From assembly GCA_017883165.1 (NCBI GenBank), contig JADGOC010000003.1:1-62007 (forward strand): a stretch of 62,007 nucleotides of DNA. The letters are read 5' to 3'. Source of the stretch: Acidobacteriota bacterium (lineage in GTDB: Bacteria; Acidobacteriota; Vicinamibacteria; Vicinamibacterales; CAVVIG01). This document shows positions 40,217 through 50,010 of this stretch, piece after piece. Positions within the stretch are counted from its first letter, which is position 1; each line of letters starts with the position of its first letter. The notes under the pieces are model-generated. The model ran no database searches and had not been told where the DNA came from. It saw nothing but the letters and a program-made list of their open reading frames with translations. The position numbers and the translations under genes were made by a program.

Positions 40217-41791
40217 CTAACGTCTCCGCCACCAGGAGTACACGCCCGCGCCGAAAATGACGCCGGGGATGACGAGCAGCGCCAGCCAGATGATGTTGGT
40301 CTGCTGCGCCGCCGTCAGCGTCAGCCGGCGATCGTCGGGCTCCTTCGGCCGGATCGAAATCAGGCTTTCCTGCTGCGACAGCCAGCCGAGCGTGTTCATG
40401 AACAGGTCGCGGTTGCCCTGAATCGACAGCGTGGCGTTGGCCGCGAAGTCGGAATCGCCGAACACGACGACGCGCGCCTCCGGCTTCGGCTCCGCGTCGC
40501 CTGGCTTGGCTGGCGCGGGGGCCGCGACCGTCGCGCTCACCGCGGACGCGATCGACACCGGGCCCTTCTTGTCGCCCTTCGACTCGTCGAGCGTCACCTG
40601 CCCGGTCGTCAGCAGTCCTTTGATGTCGGATTCCGCCCAGCTTCGCGGGCTCGTTTCGACGACCGACTGTGCGATGTGGCCGTTGACGCCCTCTTTGATC
40701 GGCGTCACCGATCGCGCCAGCGGAAACGCCGTGAGGAGCGTGAAGCGCTGCGTCATCGGATGCGGCGGATAGCTGGCCACGACCGGCACCGACGCATCGG
40801 TGCCGATCAGACGGCCCATCCCGCTCACGTCGACGACAACGTCGTTGCCGACGGTCATGCCCCAGTCGCGGGCGAGCGCGATGAGGTTGGCGACCGGCGG
40901 GCTGTCCGGTTTGTCCGGCGGATCGATCTCCAGCAGGAGCTTGCCAGCTTTGTCGAGATACTTCTTCAACGCATCGATTTCCTGCGGGAAGAAATCGGTC
41001 CTCGGGCCCGCGACCACCACGACCGATGCGTCGTCGGGCACGGCGCCCGTTTGCGCGAGCACGACCTTGTCGACCGTGTAGTTCTCGTGGCCGAGCGCCC
41101 CGGAGATGGCGTTGTAGCCGTCGCGTTCGGCTGATCCGGGATCGTGTTCGCCGTGGCCCAGCGTGAAGTACACCTTCTTCTGCTGGCCGGTGATCACTTT
41201 GATGATGGCGTTGGTCAGATCCTGTTCGCTGTTGGTGGTGATGCGCTCGGAGCGCCCCTTGTAGTTGAAGATGACCGTGTTGTATTGCTGAATCTGATTC
41301 TGGCGCGCGACCGCCGGCTTCTTGTCCGGATCGATGTACTGCGTGGCGACCTTCTTCGACGCGTACTCGTATTCCCGCAGCCGGTCGTGCCAGGTCTGCA
41401 GCTCGTCCGGTTTGTAGAAGACCAGCACCTCGAGCTGCGCGTCGAGCTTCGCCAGGACGTTGCGCGTCTGGTCGGAGAGGCTGAACTGCTGGTTGACCGT
41501 CAGGTCCCAGCGCTTGTTCTGCTTGGCGCCGATGTAGTTGATGGCGATCAGGATGCCGAGCACGACGAGCACGCTCGTGGCCGCCAGCGTGCCGTAGCGC
41601 GCCTGCCGCCGGCTGAACACCTTCGCGATCTCGCGCCACTGCCCGAGCGTGTACGCGAGCACGCAGACGAGACCGGTCCACGCGAGGTAGTAGGCGTATT
41701 GATCCTTGGCGGGCCATCCGAACCGGATCGCCACCGCCACGAAGACCAGCGCCGTCCCGAGCCAGCCGATGAGACTGAGAATGCGATTCAT
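40217..41791 (-). CDS. GldG-like ABC transporter auxiliary component
   Basis: RWDLT...FSLSDQT, IDPD, EQDLTNAI, VYFTLGHGE, VFGDSDF, N..LFMN..WL. Confidence 0.88.
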   Translation of the reverse strand: MNRILSLIGWLGTALVFVAVAIRFGWPAKDQYAYYLAWTGLVCVLAYTLGQWREIAKVFSRRQARYGTLAATSVLVVLGILIAINYIGAKQNKRWDLTVNQQFSLSDQTRNVLAKLDAQLEVLVFYKPDELQTWHDRLREYEYASKKVATQYIDPDKKPAVARQNQIQQYNTVIFNYKGRSERITTNSEQDLTNAIIKVITGQQKKVYFTLGHGEHDPGSAERDGYNAISGALGHENYTVDKVVLAQTGAVPDDASVVVVAGPRTDFFPQEIDALKKYLDKAGKLLLEIDPPDKPDSPPVANLIALARDWGMTVGNDVVVDVSGMGRLIGTDASVPVVASYPPHPMTQRFTLLTAFPLARSVTPIKEGVNGHIAQSVVETSPRSWAESDIKGLLTTGQVTLDESKGDKKGPVSIASAVSATVAAPAPAKPGDAEPKPEARVVVFGDSDFAANATLSIQGNRDLFMNTLGWLSQQESLISIRPKEPDDRRLTLTAAQQTNIIWLALLVIPGVIFGAGVYSWWRRR

Positions 41792-42549
41792 CCGCGCCAC
41801 CGCTCGCTATCGACCGACTTGGCGGTCAGGAAGAGGCCAAACGTCATGAAGCTCAAGTAGTAAATCACGTGCGTCGTGTCGATCACGCCCTTCGCGAAGT
41901 CGTCGAAGTGCTCGATGATCGACAGGTACGACGTCACCTTCTCGATGTCGGGCCAGAAGCTGCCGATCCAGTTGATCACCCAGAGGAACAGGAACGTCGC
42001 GAACGTCACCATCACCGCCACGATCTGGTTCTTCGTGAGGCTCGAGATGAAAAGGCCGACCGAGATGAAGCAGCCGCCCATCAGGAACAGGCCGAGATAC
42101 GCCGAGAGAATCGGCTTCCACTCGGGACGCCCGTAGATGAACAGCACGCCGAGGTGAATCATCGAGATGAGCAGCATCACGGCGTACAGCGCCATGGCGC
42201 CGATGAACTTGCCCATGATGATTTGAAAATCGGTGAGCGGAGAAGTGAGCAGCAGCTCGATCGTCCCGGACCGCTTTTCCTCGGAGTAGGTCCGCATCGT
42301 GATCATCGGCAGCACGAAGAGCAGCAGCACCGTCATGTTCTGCAGCAGCAGCCGGATCATCTGCTGGTTGACGTTCACCGACTGCGGCCCGAACTGGCTC
42401 ATCTGCATGCTCTGCTGGACGAAATAATTGAGAATCGTCACGTAGAACCAGCCGTAGAGCAGCGCGAAGAATCCGAGGACGATGTAGGCAATCGGCGAGG
42501 CGAAATACGATCGCAGCTCTTTGTTCGCAATGGCGAGGATGTTACTCAT
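41788..42549 (-). CDS. ABC transporter permease (GldF-like)
   Basis: KELRSYFASPIAY, TMRTYSEEKRSGTIELLLTSP, SSLTKNQIVA. Confidence 0.92.
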   Translation of the reverse strand: MSNILAIANKELRSYFASPIAYIVLGFFALLYGWFYVTILNYFVQQSMQMSQFGPQSVNVNQQMIRLLLQNMTVLLLFVLPMITMRTYSEEKRSGTIELLLTSPLTDFQIIMGKFIGAMALYAVMLLISMIHLGVLFIYGRPEWKPILSAYLGLFLMGGCFISVGLFISSLTKNQIVAVMVTFATFLFLWVINWIGSFWPDIEKVTSYLSIIEHFDDFAKGVIDTTHVIYYLSFMTFGLFLTAKSVDSERWRG

Positions 42550-43537
42550 GCGCAATGTCTCCTGCGGCCGCCGTCGTCGCCGTTGTTGACGCCTGGGGCG
42601 GCGCCGTGTCCTCGGTCGTGAGCGAGAGGAAGATCTCTTCGAGGCTGATGCGCGTCGGCCTCAACTCCAGCAGCCCCCACCCGCTTGTCACGACGGTCCG
42701 CGCGAGATCGCGGCGGACGTCGCGGCCGGACTGGGTTTCCACTTCGTAGCCGATGGCCGTGCCGCTGCGGTCCGATTCGATGACGCGCGTGACGCCGCTG
42801 ATCTTGCCGAGCGCCGCCGCCGCGTCCGCGCCGCTCGCCTCCACCTGCACGTACAGCGTCTTCGCGCCGCCGAGCTGTGCCGTCAGATTGTCCGGCGTGT
42901 CGATGGCCACCACATGGCCCTTGTTGATGATGACGACGCGCTGGCAGGTCTGCGAGACTTCGGTGAGGATGTGCGTGCTCAGAATGATGGTGTGATCGCC
43001 GGCGAGCTCTTTGATCAACTGGCGCGTCTCGATGATCTGCTTCGGGTCGAGACCCGCGGTCGGCTCGTCGAGAATGAGGACGTCCGGGTTGTGAATGATC
43101 GCCTGAGCGAGGCCGACGCGCTGACGGTAGCCTTTCGACAGCTTCGAGCACTGGCGGTCGGCCATGTCGGCGACCCGCGTGCGCGCCATGACGTCCTTGA
43201 TGCGCTGGCTGCGCTCGGCCGGCGGCACGCCCTTGATCTTCGCGACGAACGCGAGGTACTCGCCGACGCTCATGTCGGGATACAGGGGCGGCGTTTCCGG
43301 AAGGTAGCCGGTGCGGCGCTTGGCTTCGATCGGCTGATCGAACACATCGAAGCCGGCGACGATGGCTTTACCTTCCGTGGCCGGCATGTACCCGGTCAGG
43401 ATCCGCATCGTCGTCGTCTTGCCGGCGCCGTTGGGACCCAGGAACCCCAGGATCTCGCCGCGTTCGACGCGGAAGCTGACATCGTCGACGGCCGTCACGC
43501 GGCCGTAGCGTTTGGTGAGGTGCTGGACCTCGATCAC
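42542..43537 (-). CDS. ABC transporter ATP-binding protein (GldA-like)
   Basis: GPNGAGKTT, LSKGYRQRVGLA, ILDEPT, STH. Confidence 0.95.
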   Translation of the reverse strand: MIEVQHLTKRYGRVTAVDDVSFRVERGEILGFLGPNGAGKTTTMRILTGYMPATEGKAIVAGFDVFDQPIEAKRRTGYLPETPPLYPDMSVGEYLAFVAKIKGVPPAERSQRIKDVMARTRVADMADRQCSKLSKGYRQRVGLAQAIIHNPDVLILDEPTAGLDPKQIIETRQLIKELAGDHTIILSTHILTEVSQTCQRVVIINKGHVVAIDTPDNLTAQLGGAKTLYVQVEASGADAAAALGKISGVTRVIESDRSGTAIGYEVETQSGRDVRRDLARTVVTSGWGLLELRPTRISLEEIFLSLTTEDTAPPQASTTATTAAAGDIAHE

Positions 43538-43655
43538 TTAGAAACTCCTAATAAGCGGGTTAGGGGGGCGTCCACCCCGTCGTGCCAAACGAAAATGGTA
43601 CATCGAAGCGCCCGTTTGCGACAACATTACAAGATTGATAATGACTGGAGGACCT

Positions 43656-44129
43656 ATGGCTGTAGATGTGGGATCGAAGGCGCCGGACTTTACCCTCACG
43701 AATCAGGAGCGCCAGCCGGTGACGCTCAGCGCGCTGCGCGGGCGGCCGGTCGTGCTCGCGTTTTTCCCGGCGGCGTTCAGCTCGGTGTGTCAGAAGGAGC
43801 TGTGCACGTTCCGGGATCGGATGAACGAGCTCGACAGGCCCAACGGAGCGAACGCGCAGGTGTTCGGCATCAGCGTGGACACCTTCTTCGCGCTCAAGGC
43901 GTTTCACGACCAGCAGAAGTTCACGTTTCCGCTGCTGAGCGACTTCAACAAGCAGGCCATCCGCGACTATGGCGTGTTCAACGAGGACATGATTGGCCTC
44001 AAGGGGATCGCGAAGCGGGCGGTGTTCGTCCTCGACAAGGACGGCGTCGTCCGGCACCGGGAGGTGCTCGAGGACGCGCGGAACGAGCCGGATTACCAGG
44101 CGGTGTTCGCCGCGCTGGCGAAGCTCTAG
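43656..44129 (+). CDS. Peroxiredoxin (AhpC/TSA family)
   Basis: VGSKAPDF, FFPAAFSSVC..E, GISVD, PLLSDF, RAVFVLD. GGAGG RBS. Confidence 0.93.
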   Translation: MAVDVGSKAPDFTLTNQERQPVTLSALRGRPVVLAFFPAAFSSVCQKELCTFRDRMNELDRPNGANAQVFGISVDTFFALKAFHDQQKFTFPLLSDFNKQAIRDYGVFNEDMIGLKGIAKRAVFVLDKDGVVRHREVLEDARNEPDYQAVFAALAKL

Positions 44130-44139
44130 CCATGCTATT

Positions 44140-44171
44140 ATGAACATATGAGCAGGTCCTCATATGTTTAT
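44140..44171. promoter_or_regulatory. ArsR/SmtB-type operator (inverted repeat) overlapping the repressor start codon
   Basis: ATGAACATATGAG-CAGGTC-CTCATATGTTTAT, with 12 of 13 arm positions matching. A -10-like TATTAT lies 6 nt before the ATG. Confidence 0.8.
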
Positions 44172-44495
44172 TCGCCTGGTCGACGCCCGGCCCCGCCGCT
44201 CAGGAAGAGGCTCCTCGGCGAGCGATCGGTCGTCGCGCTGGCCGAAACGTTCAAGGTCCTCGGCGACGCGACCCGCGTTCGCATTCTCGACGCGTTGTCG
44301 CGGTCCGAGCTCTGCGTCCGCGACATCGCGCGCCTGCTCGGCCTCAGCGAATCGGCCGTCTCCCATCAGCTTCGCCTGCTTCGCGGCATGCGCGTCGTCC
44401 GCGCGCGCCGCGCCGGCCGCATGGTCTTCTACACCCTCGACGATCAGCACATCGTCGGCCTCTTCGAACATGGCCTGGAGCACGTCCAGGAATGA
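44148..44495 (+). CDS. ArsR/SmtB family metalloregulator (alpha5-site type)
   Basis: FKVLGDATRVRIL, ELCV, SESAVSHQLRLLR, and DDQH...EHVQE alpha5 ligands. Confidence 0.93.
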   Translation: MSRSSYVYSPGRRPAPPLRKRLLGERSVVALAETFKVLGDATRVRILDALSRSELCVRDIARLLGLSESAVSHQLRLLRGMRVVRARRAGRMVFYTLDDQHIVGLFEHGLEHVQE

Positions 44496-46663
44496 TCCCC
44501 ACCGTCACCTGCACCGTCTGCGAGCTTCACGCGGAATCGACCTTCAAGGTTGAAGGGATGGACTGCCGCGAAGAAGTGGCGCTGCTCGAGCGGCGCTTCA
44601 AGAACCTGCCCGGGCTCGAGGATTTTTCCGCGGATCTGATGGGGCAGCGCCTCCACGTCAAGTACGACGCCGCGAAGCTGTCGGCCGCCACGATCGCGGA
44701 TGCGGTGGCCGACGCCGGGATGCGCGCGTGGCTCGAGCACGAAGAGCCGATCGGCACCGGTCCGCAGCCGCGCTGGCGGCAGCTGCTCGTCTGGACGTCC
44801 GGCGTGACCTTCTGCGCCGGACTCCTCGTCGGCGCGGTCGGCTCTGTCAGCGCGTCGCCGTGGCCCGCGCGTCTGGTGTTCGCCATCTCGATTGCCGCCG
44901 GCGGGGCGCTGACGGCGCGCAAGGCGTGGACGGCGCTGCGCGTCCGCTCGCTCGACATCAACGTGTTGATGATGATCGCAGCGGCCGGCGCCGTGGCGCT
45001 CGGCCAGTGGTCGGAAGCCGCGGCAGTGGTGTTCCTCTTCGCGATCGCACAGACGCTCGAAGTCCGCACGCTCGAGCGCGCCCGGCATGCGATTCGCGCG
45101 CTGATGAATCTGGCGCCGGCCTCGGCGCTGGTCCGCGATGACGCCGCCCCGGCGATGCCGGGGTTAACAACAGAACGGCGCGTCGACATCGACCTCGTGC
45201 GGCCGGGCATGCTCATCGTCGTGCGTCCCGGAGAAAAGATTCCCCTGGACGGCGAGGTGGAGGCGGGAGAGAGCGCGGTCAACCAGGCGCCGATCACCGG
45301 TGAGTCGCTGCCGGTGGACAAGCGGCCTGGCGACGGCGTGTTCGCCGGGACGATCAACGGCCGCGGCGCGCTGGAAGTGCGCGTGACGCGCGAGCGGCGC
45401 GACACGACGCTGGCACGCATCACGCACCTAGTCGAGCGGGCGCAGGCCCAGCGCGCGCCGACGCAGACGCTGGTCGAGCGCTTCGCGAAGATCTACACGC
45501 CCGCGGTCATCGCGCTGGCCGCGATCGTGGCGATCGGGCCGCCGGTCGTCCTTGGTCTCGGCGTATGGCACATTTGGGTGTATCGGGCGCTCGTGCTGCT
45601 CGTCGTGTCGTGTCCCTGCGCGCTGGTCATCTCGACGCCGGTGTCGATCGTGGCCGCGCTGGCCGGCGCCGCGCGCCGGGGCGTCCTCATCAAGGGCGGC
45701 ATGCACCTCGAGCGGACCGCCCGCGTCCGGTGCATCGCGTTCGACAAGACCGGAACGCTGACGCGCGGCACGCCGGAAGTCGTCGCCCTCACCGCGCTGA
45801 ACGGCGTCGCGCCTGACGCCGTGATCGCCATGGCCGCGAGCGTCGAGCGCCGGTCGGAGCACCCCATCGCGCAGGCGATCCTGCAGTACGCCGTCTCGTC
45901 CGGCGTCGATGCGCCGCCCGGCGCCGGCGTGCTGTCGCTGGCCGGACGCGGCGCCGAAGGGCTCGTCGGCTCGTCACGCGTCGTCGTGGGCAACCATCGG
46001 CTCTTCGAGGAGCGGCGCTTCTGCTCGCCGGATCTGCACGTCCATCTCAGCGCCATCAGCGACAGCGGCCGCACCGCCGTGCTGGTCGCGAAGGACGGCC
46101 AAGCGGTCGGCGTGATTGCCGTCGCCGATCGCGTGCGGGAGGCGGGCCGCGACACGATGGATCTGCTGCGGCGTCAGGGCGTGGAGCATCTGGTGCTGCT
46201 GACGGGCGACAACGAGGCGACCGCCAGAGCGATCGCCGGCGAACTCGGCGTCGACGAGTTCCACGCCGACTTGCTGCCCGAAGAGAAGGTCGCCGCCATC
46301 CACGATCTGCGCCGCCGGTTCGGTTCGGTCGCAATGGTGGGCGACGGCGTCAACGACGCGCCGGCGCTCGCGACCGCCGACGTCGGCATCGTGATGGGCG
46401 CGGCCGGCAGCGATGCGGCGCTCGAAACGGCCGACGTCGCGCTGATGGCCGACGAGCTGCTGAAGATCCCCTACGCGTTCCGCCTGAGCCGCGCGACGAT
46501 GCGCAACATCAGGGTGAACCTGGCGATTTCCCTGGTGATGAAGGCCGCCTTCATGGTCGCCGCGGTCGCCGGAGTCGCGACGCTCTGGATGGCGGTGCTG
46601 GCCGACACCGGCGCGTCACTCATCGTGATCGCGAACGCCCTCCGGCTCCTGCGTGCTGACTGA
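44492..46663 (+). CDS. Heavy-metal P1B-type ATPase (Zn/Cd/Pb type)
   Basis: HMA domain GMDCREE, TGES, SCPC, DKTGTLT, SEHP, GDGVNDAP. Confidence 0.95.
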   Translation: MIPTVTCTVCELHAESTFKVEGMDCREEVALLERRFKNLPGLEDFSADLMGQRLHVKYDAAKLSAATIADAVADAGMRAWLEHEEPIGTGPQPRWRQLLVWTSGVTFCAGLLVGAVGSVSASPWPARLVFAISIAAGGALTARKAWTALRVRSLDINVLMMIAAAGAVALGQWSEAAAVVFLFAIAQTLEVRTLERARHAIRALMNLAPASALVRDDAAPAMPGLTTERRVDIDLVRPGMLIVVRPGEKIPLDGEVEAGESAVNQAPITGESLPVDKRPGDGVFAGTINGRGALEVRVTRERRDTTLARITHLVERAQAQRAPTQTLVERFAKIYTPAVIALAAIVAIGPPVVLGLGVWHIWVYRALVLLVVSCPCALVISTPVSIVAALAGAARRGVLIKGGMHLERTARVRCIAFDKTGTLTRGTPEVVALTALNGVAPDAVIAMAASVERRSEHPIAQAILQYAVSSGVDAPPGAGVLSLAGRGAEGLVGSSRVVVGNHRLFEERRFCSPDLHVHLSAISDSGRTAVLVAKDGQAVGVIAVADRVREAGRDTMDLLRRQGVEHLVLLTGDNEATARAIAGELGVDEFHADLLPEEKVAAIHDLRRRFGSVAMVGDGVNDAPALATADVGIVMGAAGSDAALETADVALMADELLKIPYAFRLSRATMRNIRVNLAISLVMKAAFMVAAVAGVATLWMAVLADTGASLIVIANALRLLRAD

Positions 46664-47968
46664 CTTCGACAGCCACACCTTCGCTACTCTGATCCCGTCC
46701 AGCGCGTCGACCCGCATCTTGCGCCCCTCGACGTCGATCGTGTCGCCCGCGCGCGGGCGCCGGCCGAGCCGTCCGAGGACGTACCCGCCGATCGTGGTGT
46801 AGGTCTCCTTGTCGATGTGCAGCGCGAACTGATCGTTGACGTCGCCGACGAGCGCGAGCCCGTCGATGACGGCCGACCCGTCGGCGAGCACCGTAATGCG
46901 CGCCGCGCCGCCGCCGAACGCCGATCCGAGATCGCCGACGATGCGTTCCATCAGCGATTCGAAGGTGACGAGGCCGGCCGTGCCGCCGTACTCGTCGATG
47001 ACGAGCGCTTCGCGCACGCCGCGCCGGCGCATTTCGGCCAGCAGATCGTCGGCGCGCAGCGTTTCGGGCACCGTCAGCGCCTCGCGCGCCAGCGCGCCCG
47101 CGTTCAGCGGACCGGCGCCGGCATGCAGCGCCTTGATGACATCGGTGACGTGCAGCATGCCGACGATGTCGTCGAGGTCGTCGCGGTAGACGGGCAGCCG
47201 CGTGTGTCCGCCTCGTCCGATCTGCTCGAGCAGGCCGTCGCGCGGCGTGTCCGCCGGCACGGCGACGAGCTCGGTGCGCGGCAGCATCACCTGTCCGGCC
47301 GTGAGATCGGCGAATCCGAACACGCGGTGGAGCATCTGCTCCTCCTGCTCTTCGAGGACGCCGGCCTCCTGGCTCGCGGTGACGAGCATCTTCAGCTCCT
47401 CCTCGGAATGCACCATGGTGCGGCCGTCGGTGCCGTGCATGCCGAGTCCTTTGACGACGGCTTGCGCCGTGCCGTGCAGCAGCCGGATGAACGGCCACAG
47501 CACGCGCCTGAAGACGTCGGTCGGCGCCACCACCCACAACGCTGTGGCCTCGGCGCGCTCGAGCGCGATCCATTTCGGCGTCAGCTCCCCGAGCACGATG
47601 TGGAACGCGGTGATCACGGTGAACGCGATCGCGACGGCGATCGTGTGCGCGGTCGCCGCGGCCAGGTGCGCCGGCAGCGCGGGGAAGGAGGGCTCGATCA
47701 GCGTCGCGAGCGCCGGCTCGCCGATCCAGCCGAGCCCGAGGCTCGCCATCGTGATGCCGAGCTGGGTGGCGGCGATGAAGCGATCGGGCTGGGCGAGCGC
47801 CTGGCGCACGGCGCGCGCGCGGCGGTGCCCTTCGGCGACCAGTTGATCGATGCGCGTCCGGCGCACCGTCACGAGTGAGAATTCCGCCGCCACGAAAAAC
47901 CCGTTGGCCACCACCAGCGCGAGCACGCCGGCGAGCCGCCACAGGATACCCGCGAGCGAGTGCTCCAT
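46616..47968 (-). CDS. Hemolysin family / CNNM-CBS-CorC transporter
   Basis: NGFFVAAEFSLV, QLGITMASLGLG, GELTPK, CBS pair, DEYGGTAG, TIGGY. Confidence 0.93.
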   Translation of the reverse strand: MEHSLAGILWRLAGVLALVVANGFFVAAEFSLVTVRRTRIDQLVAEGHRRARAVRQALAQPDRFIAATQLGITMASLGLGWIGEPALATLIEPSFPALPAHLAAATAHTIAVAIAFTVITAFHIVLGELTPKWIALERAEATALWVVAPTDVFRRVLWPFIRLLHGTAQAVVKGLGMHGTDGRTMVHSEEELKMLVTASQEAGVLEEQEEQMLHRVFGFADLTAGQVMLPRTELVAVPADTPRDGLLEQIGRGGHTRLPVYRDDLDDIVGMLHVTDVIKALHAGAGPLNAGALAREALTVPETLRADDLLAEMRRRGVREALVIDEYGGTAGLVTFESLMERIVGDLGSAFGGGAARITVLADGSAVIDGLALVGDVNDQFALHIDKETYTTIGGYVLGRLGRRPRAGDTIDVEGRKMRVDALDGIRVAKVWLSKSVSTQEPEGVRDHDE

Positions 47969-48033
47969 CAGGACCTCTCCAGAAGACAGCACTGTAGCAA
48001 ATGCGGCCACGAAAACACGAAGTGTCCTTGCGG

Positions 48034-48753
48034 CTACGCTTTTCTGTTGCTGAAGAAATGCGCGTCGACGAAGTGGTCGATGATGGTCTGGTTGGCGGGG
48101 TCGACCGTCTCGAACTGGATCCCCATGCCGACGCGGCGATCGCTCCACGCCACGCGGCCCTCGGCGTCGATGTCCTTCTTGGATCCCGGCATGCGGAAGC
48201 GGACCTTGATCTTCGCGCTGCCCTCGAGCGGGCTCGTCGTGCGGATGGCGATCCCGCCGTGGCTGAGGTTGAGCGTCAGCGCCGCCGCGATCGTGTTGCC
48301 GAACCGGTATTGAATCGGAATCCCGAGCACGACGCGCGGACTGCTGCGGCGATTGAAGTTGTCCGGGAACAGATGCGGCGCGAGCGACGGCAGAATGTGC
48401 TGCACCGCGCTGTACTCGTTGACGTAGCCGGCCACGCCGAGCGCGGCCAGCTCGCGCACCTCGTCGGCGCTCGCGATCGTGCCGCTGAAGATCAGAATCG
48501 GCAGCTTCCCATCGTCGAGCTTGCGGATCGAGCGGACCAGCTCGACCCCCGGCGCGTGCGGCAGCCGCAGATCGAGCACGATCAGATCGATCTGTCCCAG
48601 ATCGGCTCGGACGCGGGCCAGCAGCTCCGCCGCGCTCTTGACGGCGATGGCTTTGTGCCCGGCGTTCTCGAGCGCCGTCCGGAACCGGTCGCGCACGAAC
48701 GCCGTGTCGTCAGCGACGACGACGGTCTTGCTGGTGACCGAAGTACTGGCCAT
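48034..48753 (-). CDS. Response regulator receiver-PilZ domain protein
   Basis: REC domain (VADD, LDLRLP), then RRSSPR and NLSHGG (PilZ RxxxR and D/NxSxxG motifs), GMGIQF. Confidence 0.9.
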   Translation of the reverse strand: MASTSVTSKTVVVADDTAFVRDRFRTALENAGHKAIAVKSAAELLARVRADLGQIDLIVLDLRLPHAPGVELVRSIRKLDDGKLPILIFSGTIASADEVRELAALGVAGYVNEYSAVQHILPSLAPHLFPDNFNRRSSPRVVLGIPIQYRFGNTIAAALTLNLSHGGIAIRTTSPLEGSAKIKVRFRMPGSKKDIDAEGRVAWSDRRVGMGIQFETVDPANQTIIDHFVDAHFFSNRKA

Positions 48754-48796
48754 CTAAAATGCTATCGGAGGTCGTGACGCGCGGCGTTAGGCCGCG

Positions 48797-48826
48797 TTGC
48801 AGATTCGCGCACGATATCGATATAAT
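48797..48826 (+). promoter_or_regulatory. Putative sigma70 promoter of the lysW-like/larE operon
   Basis: TTGCAG-N18-TATAAT. Confidence 0.5.
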
Positions 48827-48952
48827 CCAAACCTTATCGCGATCGCGTCTGCCGGCCCGGATTCTGGCACGTCATCGACCCAATTGCCAAACCGTTCGGC
48901 GAGCGCGTCACGCGGCATCCGGGGAAGGGCCCCCGGATTCATCGAGGATTCC

Positions 48953-49195
48953 ATGGCCACCTGTCCCGAATGCGACGCCGACGTCGAAGTCGACGAATTC
49001 GACGTCGACAAAGGCGACCAGTTGAGTTGCCCCGAATGCGGCTCCAATCTCGAGGTCACGGGCCTCTCGCCGCTCGAGCTCGATCTCGTCCTGGACGACG
49101 ATGAAGAAGACGACGACGTCGAGGACGAAGAAGGCCTCGGCGACGACGAGGACGACGACGAGGACGAGGACGAGGACAAGGATCCGGACGAATGA
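48953..49195 (+). CDS. LysW-like zinc-ribbon protein with a long acidic tail
   Basis: MATCPEC...LSCPECGSNLEV...PLEL followed by a D/E-rich tail. GAGGA RBS. Confidence 0.8.
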   Translation: MATCPECDADVEVDEFDVDKGDQLSCPECGSNLEVTGLSPLELDLVLDDDEEDDDVEDEEGLGDDEDDDEDEDEDKDPDE

Positions 49196-50010
49196 ACGAC
49201 GTGTCGGCGAAAGAGCTCGCGCTTGAATCCGTCCTCTCCTCGCTTGGATCGGTCATCGTCGCGTACAGCGGCGGCGTCGACAGCGCGTATCTCGCGTGCG
49301 TCGCGAACCGCACGCTCGGCAGCCGCGCCGTCGCCGTCACCGCCGACAGCCCGAGCTATCCCGATCGACACCGGCGGATCGCGATTGAGATCGCCGCGCA
49401 GTTCCACCTGCAGCACGAGATCATTCAGACGAGCGAGCTCGAACGCCCCGAGTACCGCGCCAACCCCGCGAACCGCTGCTACTACTGCAAGCACGAGCTG
49501 TATACGCATCTGACGCGCATCGCCGCCGGCCGCCGCGCCGTCGTCGTCGACGGCAATAACGCGGATGATCGCGGCGATTACCGGCCCGGCCGGCAGGCGG
49601 CGCGCGAGTTCGGCGTGCGCAGCCCGCTCGATGAAGTGAATCTGACGAAGGACGAGATCCGGGAGCTGTCGCGCCTCGCCGGGCTGCCGACTTGGGACGA
49701 GCCGGCGTCGGCGTGTCTGTCGTCGCGCATTCCCTATCACTCGGAAGTGACCGACGAAAAACTGCGGATGATCGAGGACGCCGAGACCGCGCTGCGGACG
49801 CTCGGATTCCGCGTGTGCCGCGTCCGCCATCACGACGCGCTCGCCCGCATCGAGCTGGGGCGCGACGAGCTCGCGCGCGCGCTCGAACCGGAGATCGCCT
49901 CCGCCATCGTGCGCCAGTTGAAGGCGATCGGCTACCGCCACGTCACCATCGACCTGCAGGGCTATCGCACCGGCAGCCTGAACGAAGGACTGGTTCTGCG
50001 GCCCGCCTGA
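49192..50010 (+). CDS. larE: ATP-dependent sulfur transferase LarE family
   Basis: PP-loop AYSGGVDS, NRCYYCK, DG.NADD..DYRPG, ACLSSRIPY, RVRHH, GYRTGSLN. Confidence 0.92.
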   Translation: MNDVSAKELALESVLSSLGSVIVAYSGGVDSAYLACVANRTLGSRAVAVTADSPSYPDRHRRIAIEIAAQFHLQHEIIQTSELERPEYRANPANRCYYCKHELYTHLTRIAAGRRAVVVDGNNADDRGDYRPGRQAAREFGVRSPLDEVNLTKDEIRELSRLAGLPTWDEPASACLSSRIPYHSEVTDEKLRMIEDAETALRTLGFRVCRVRHHDALARIELGRDELARALEPEIASAIVRQLKAIGYRHVTIDLQGYRTGSLNEGLVLRPA

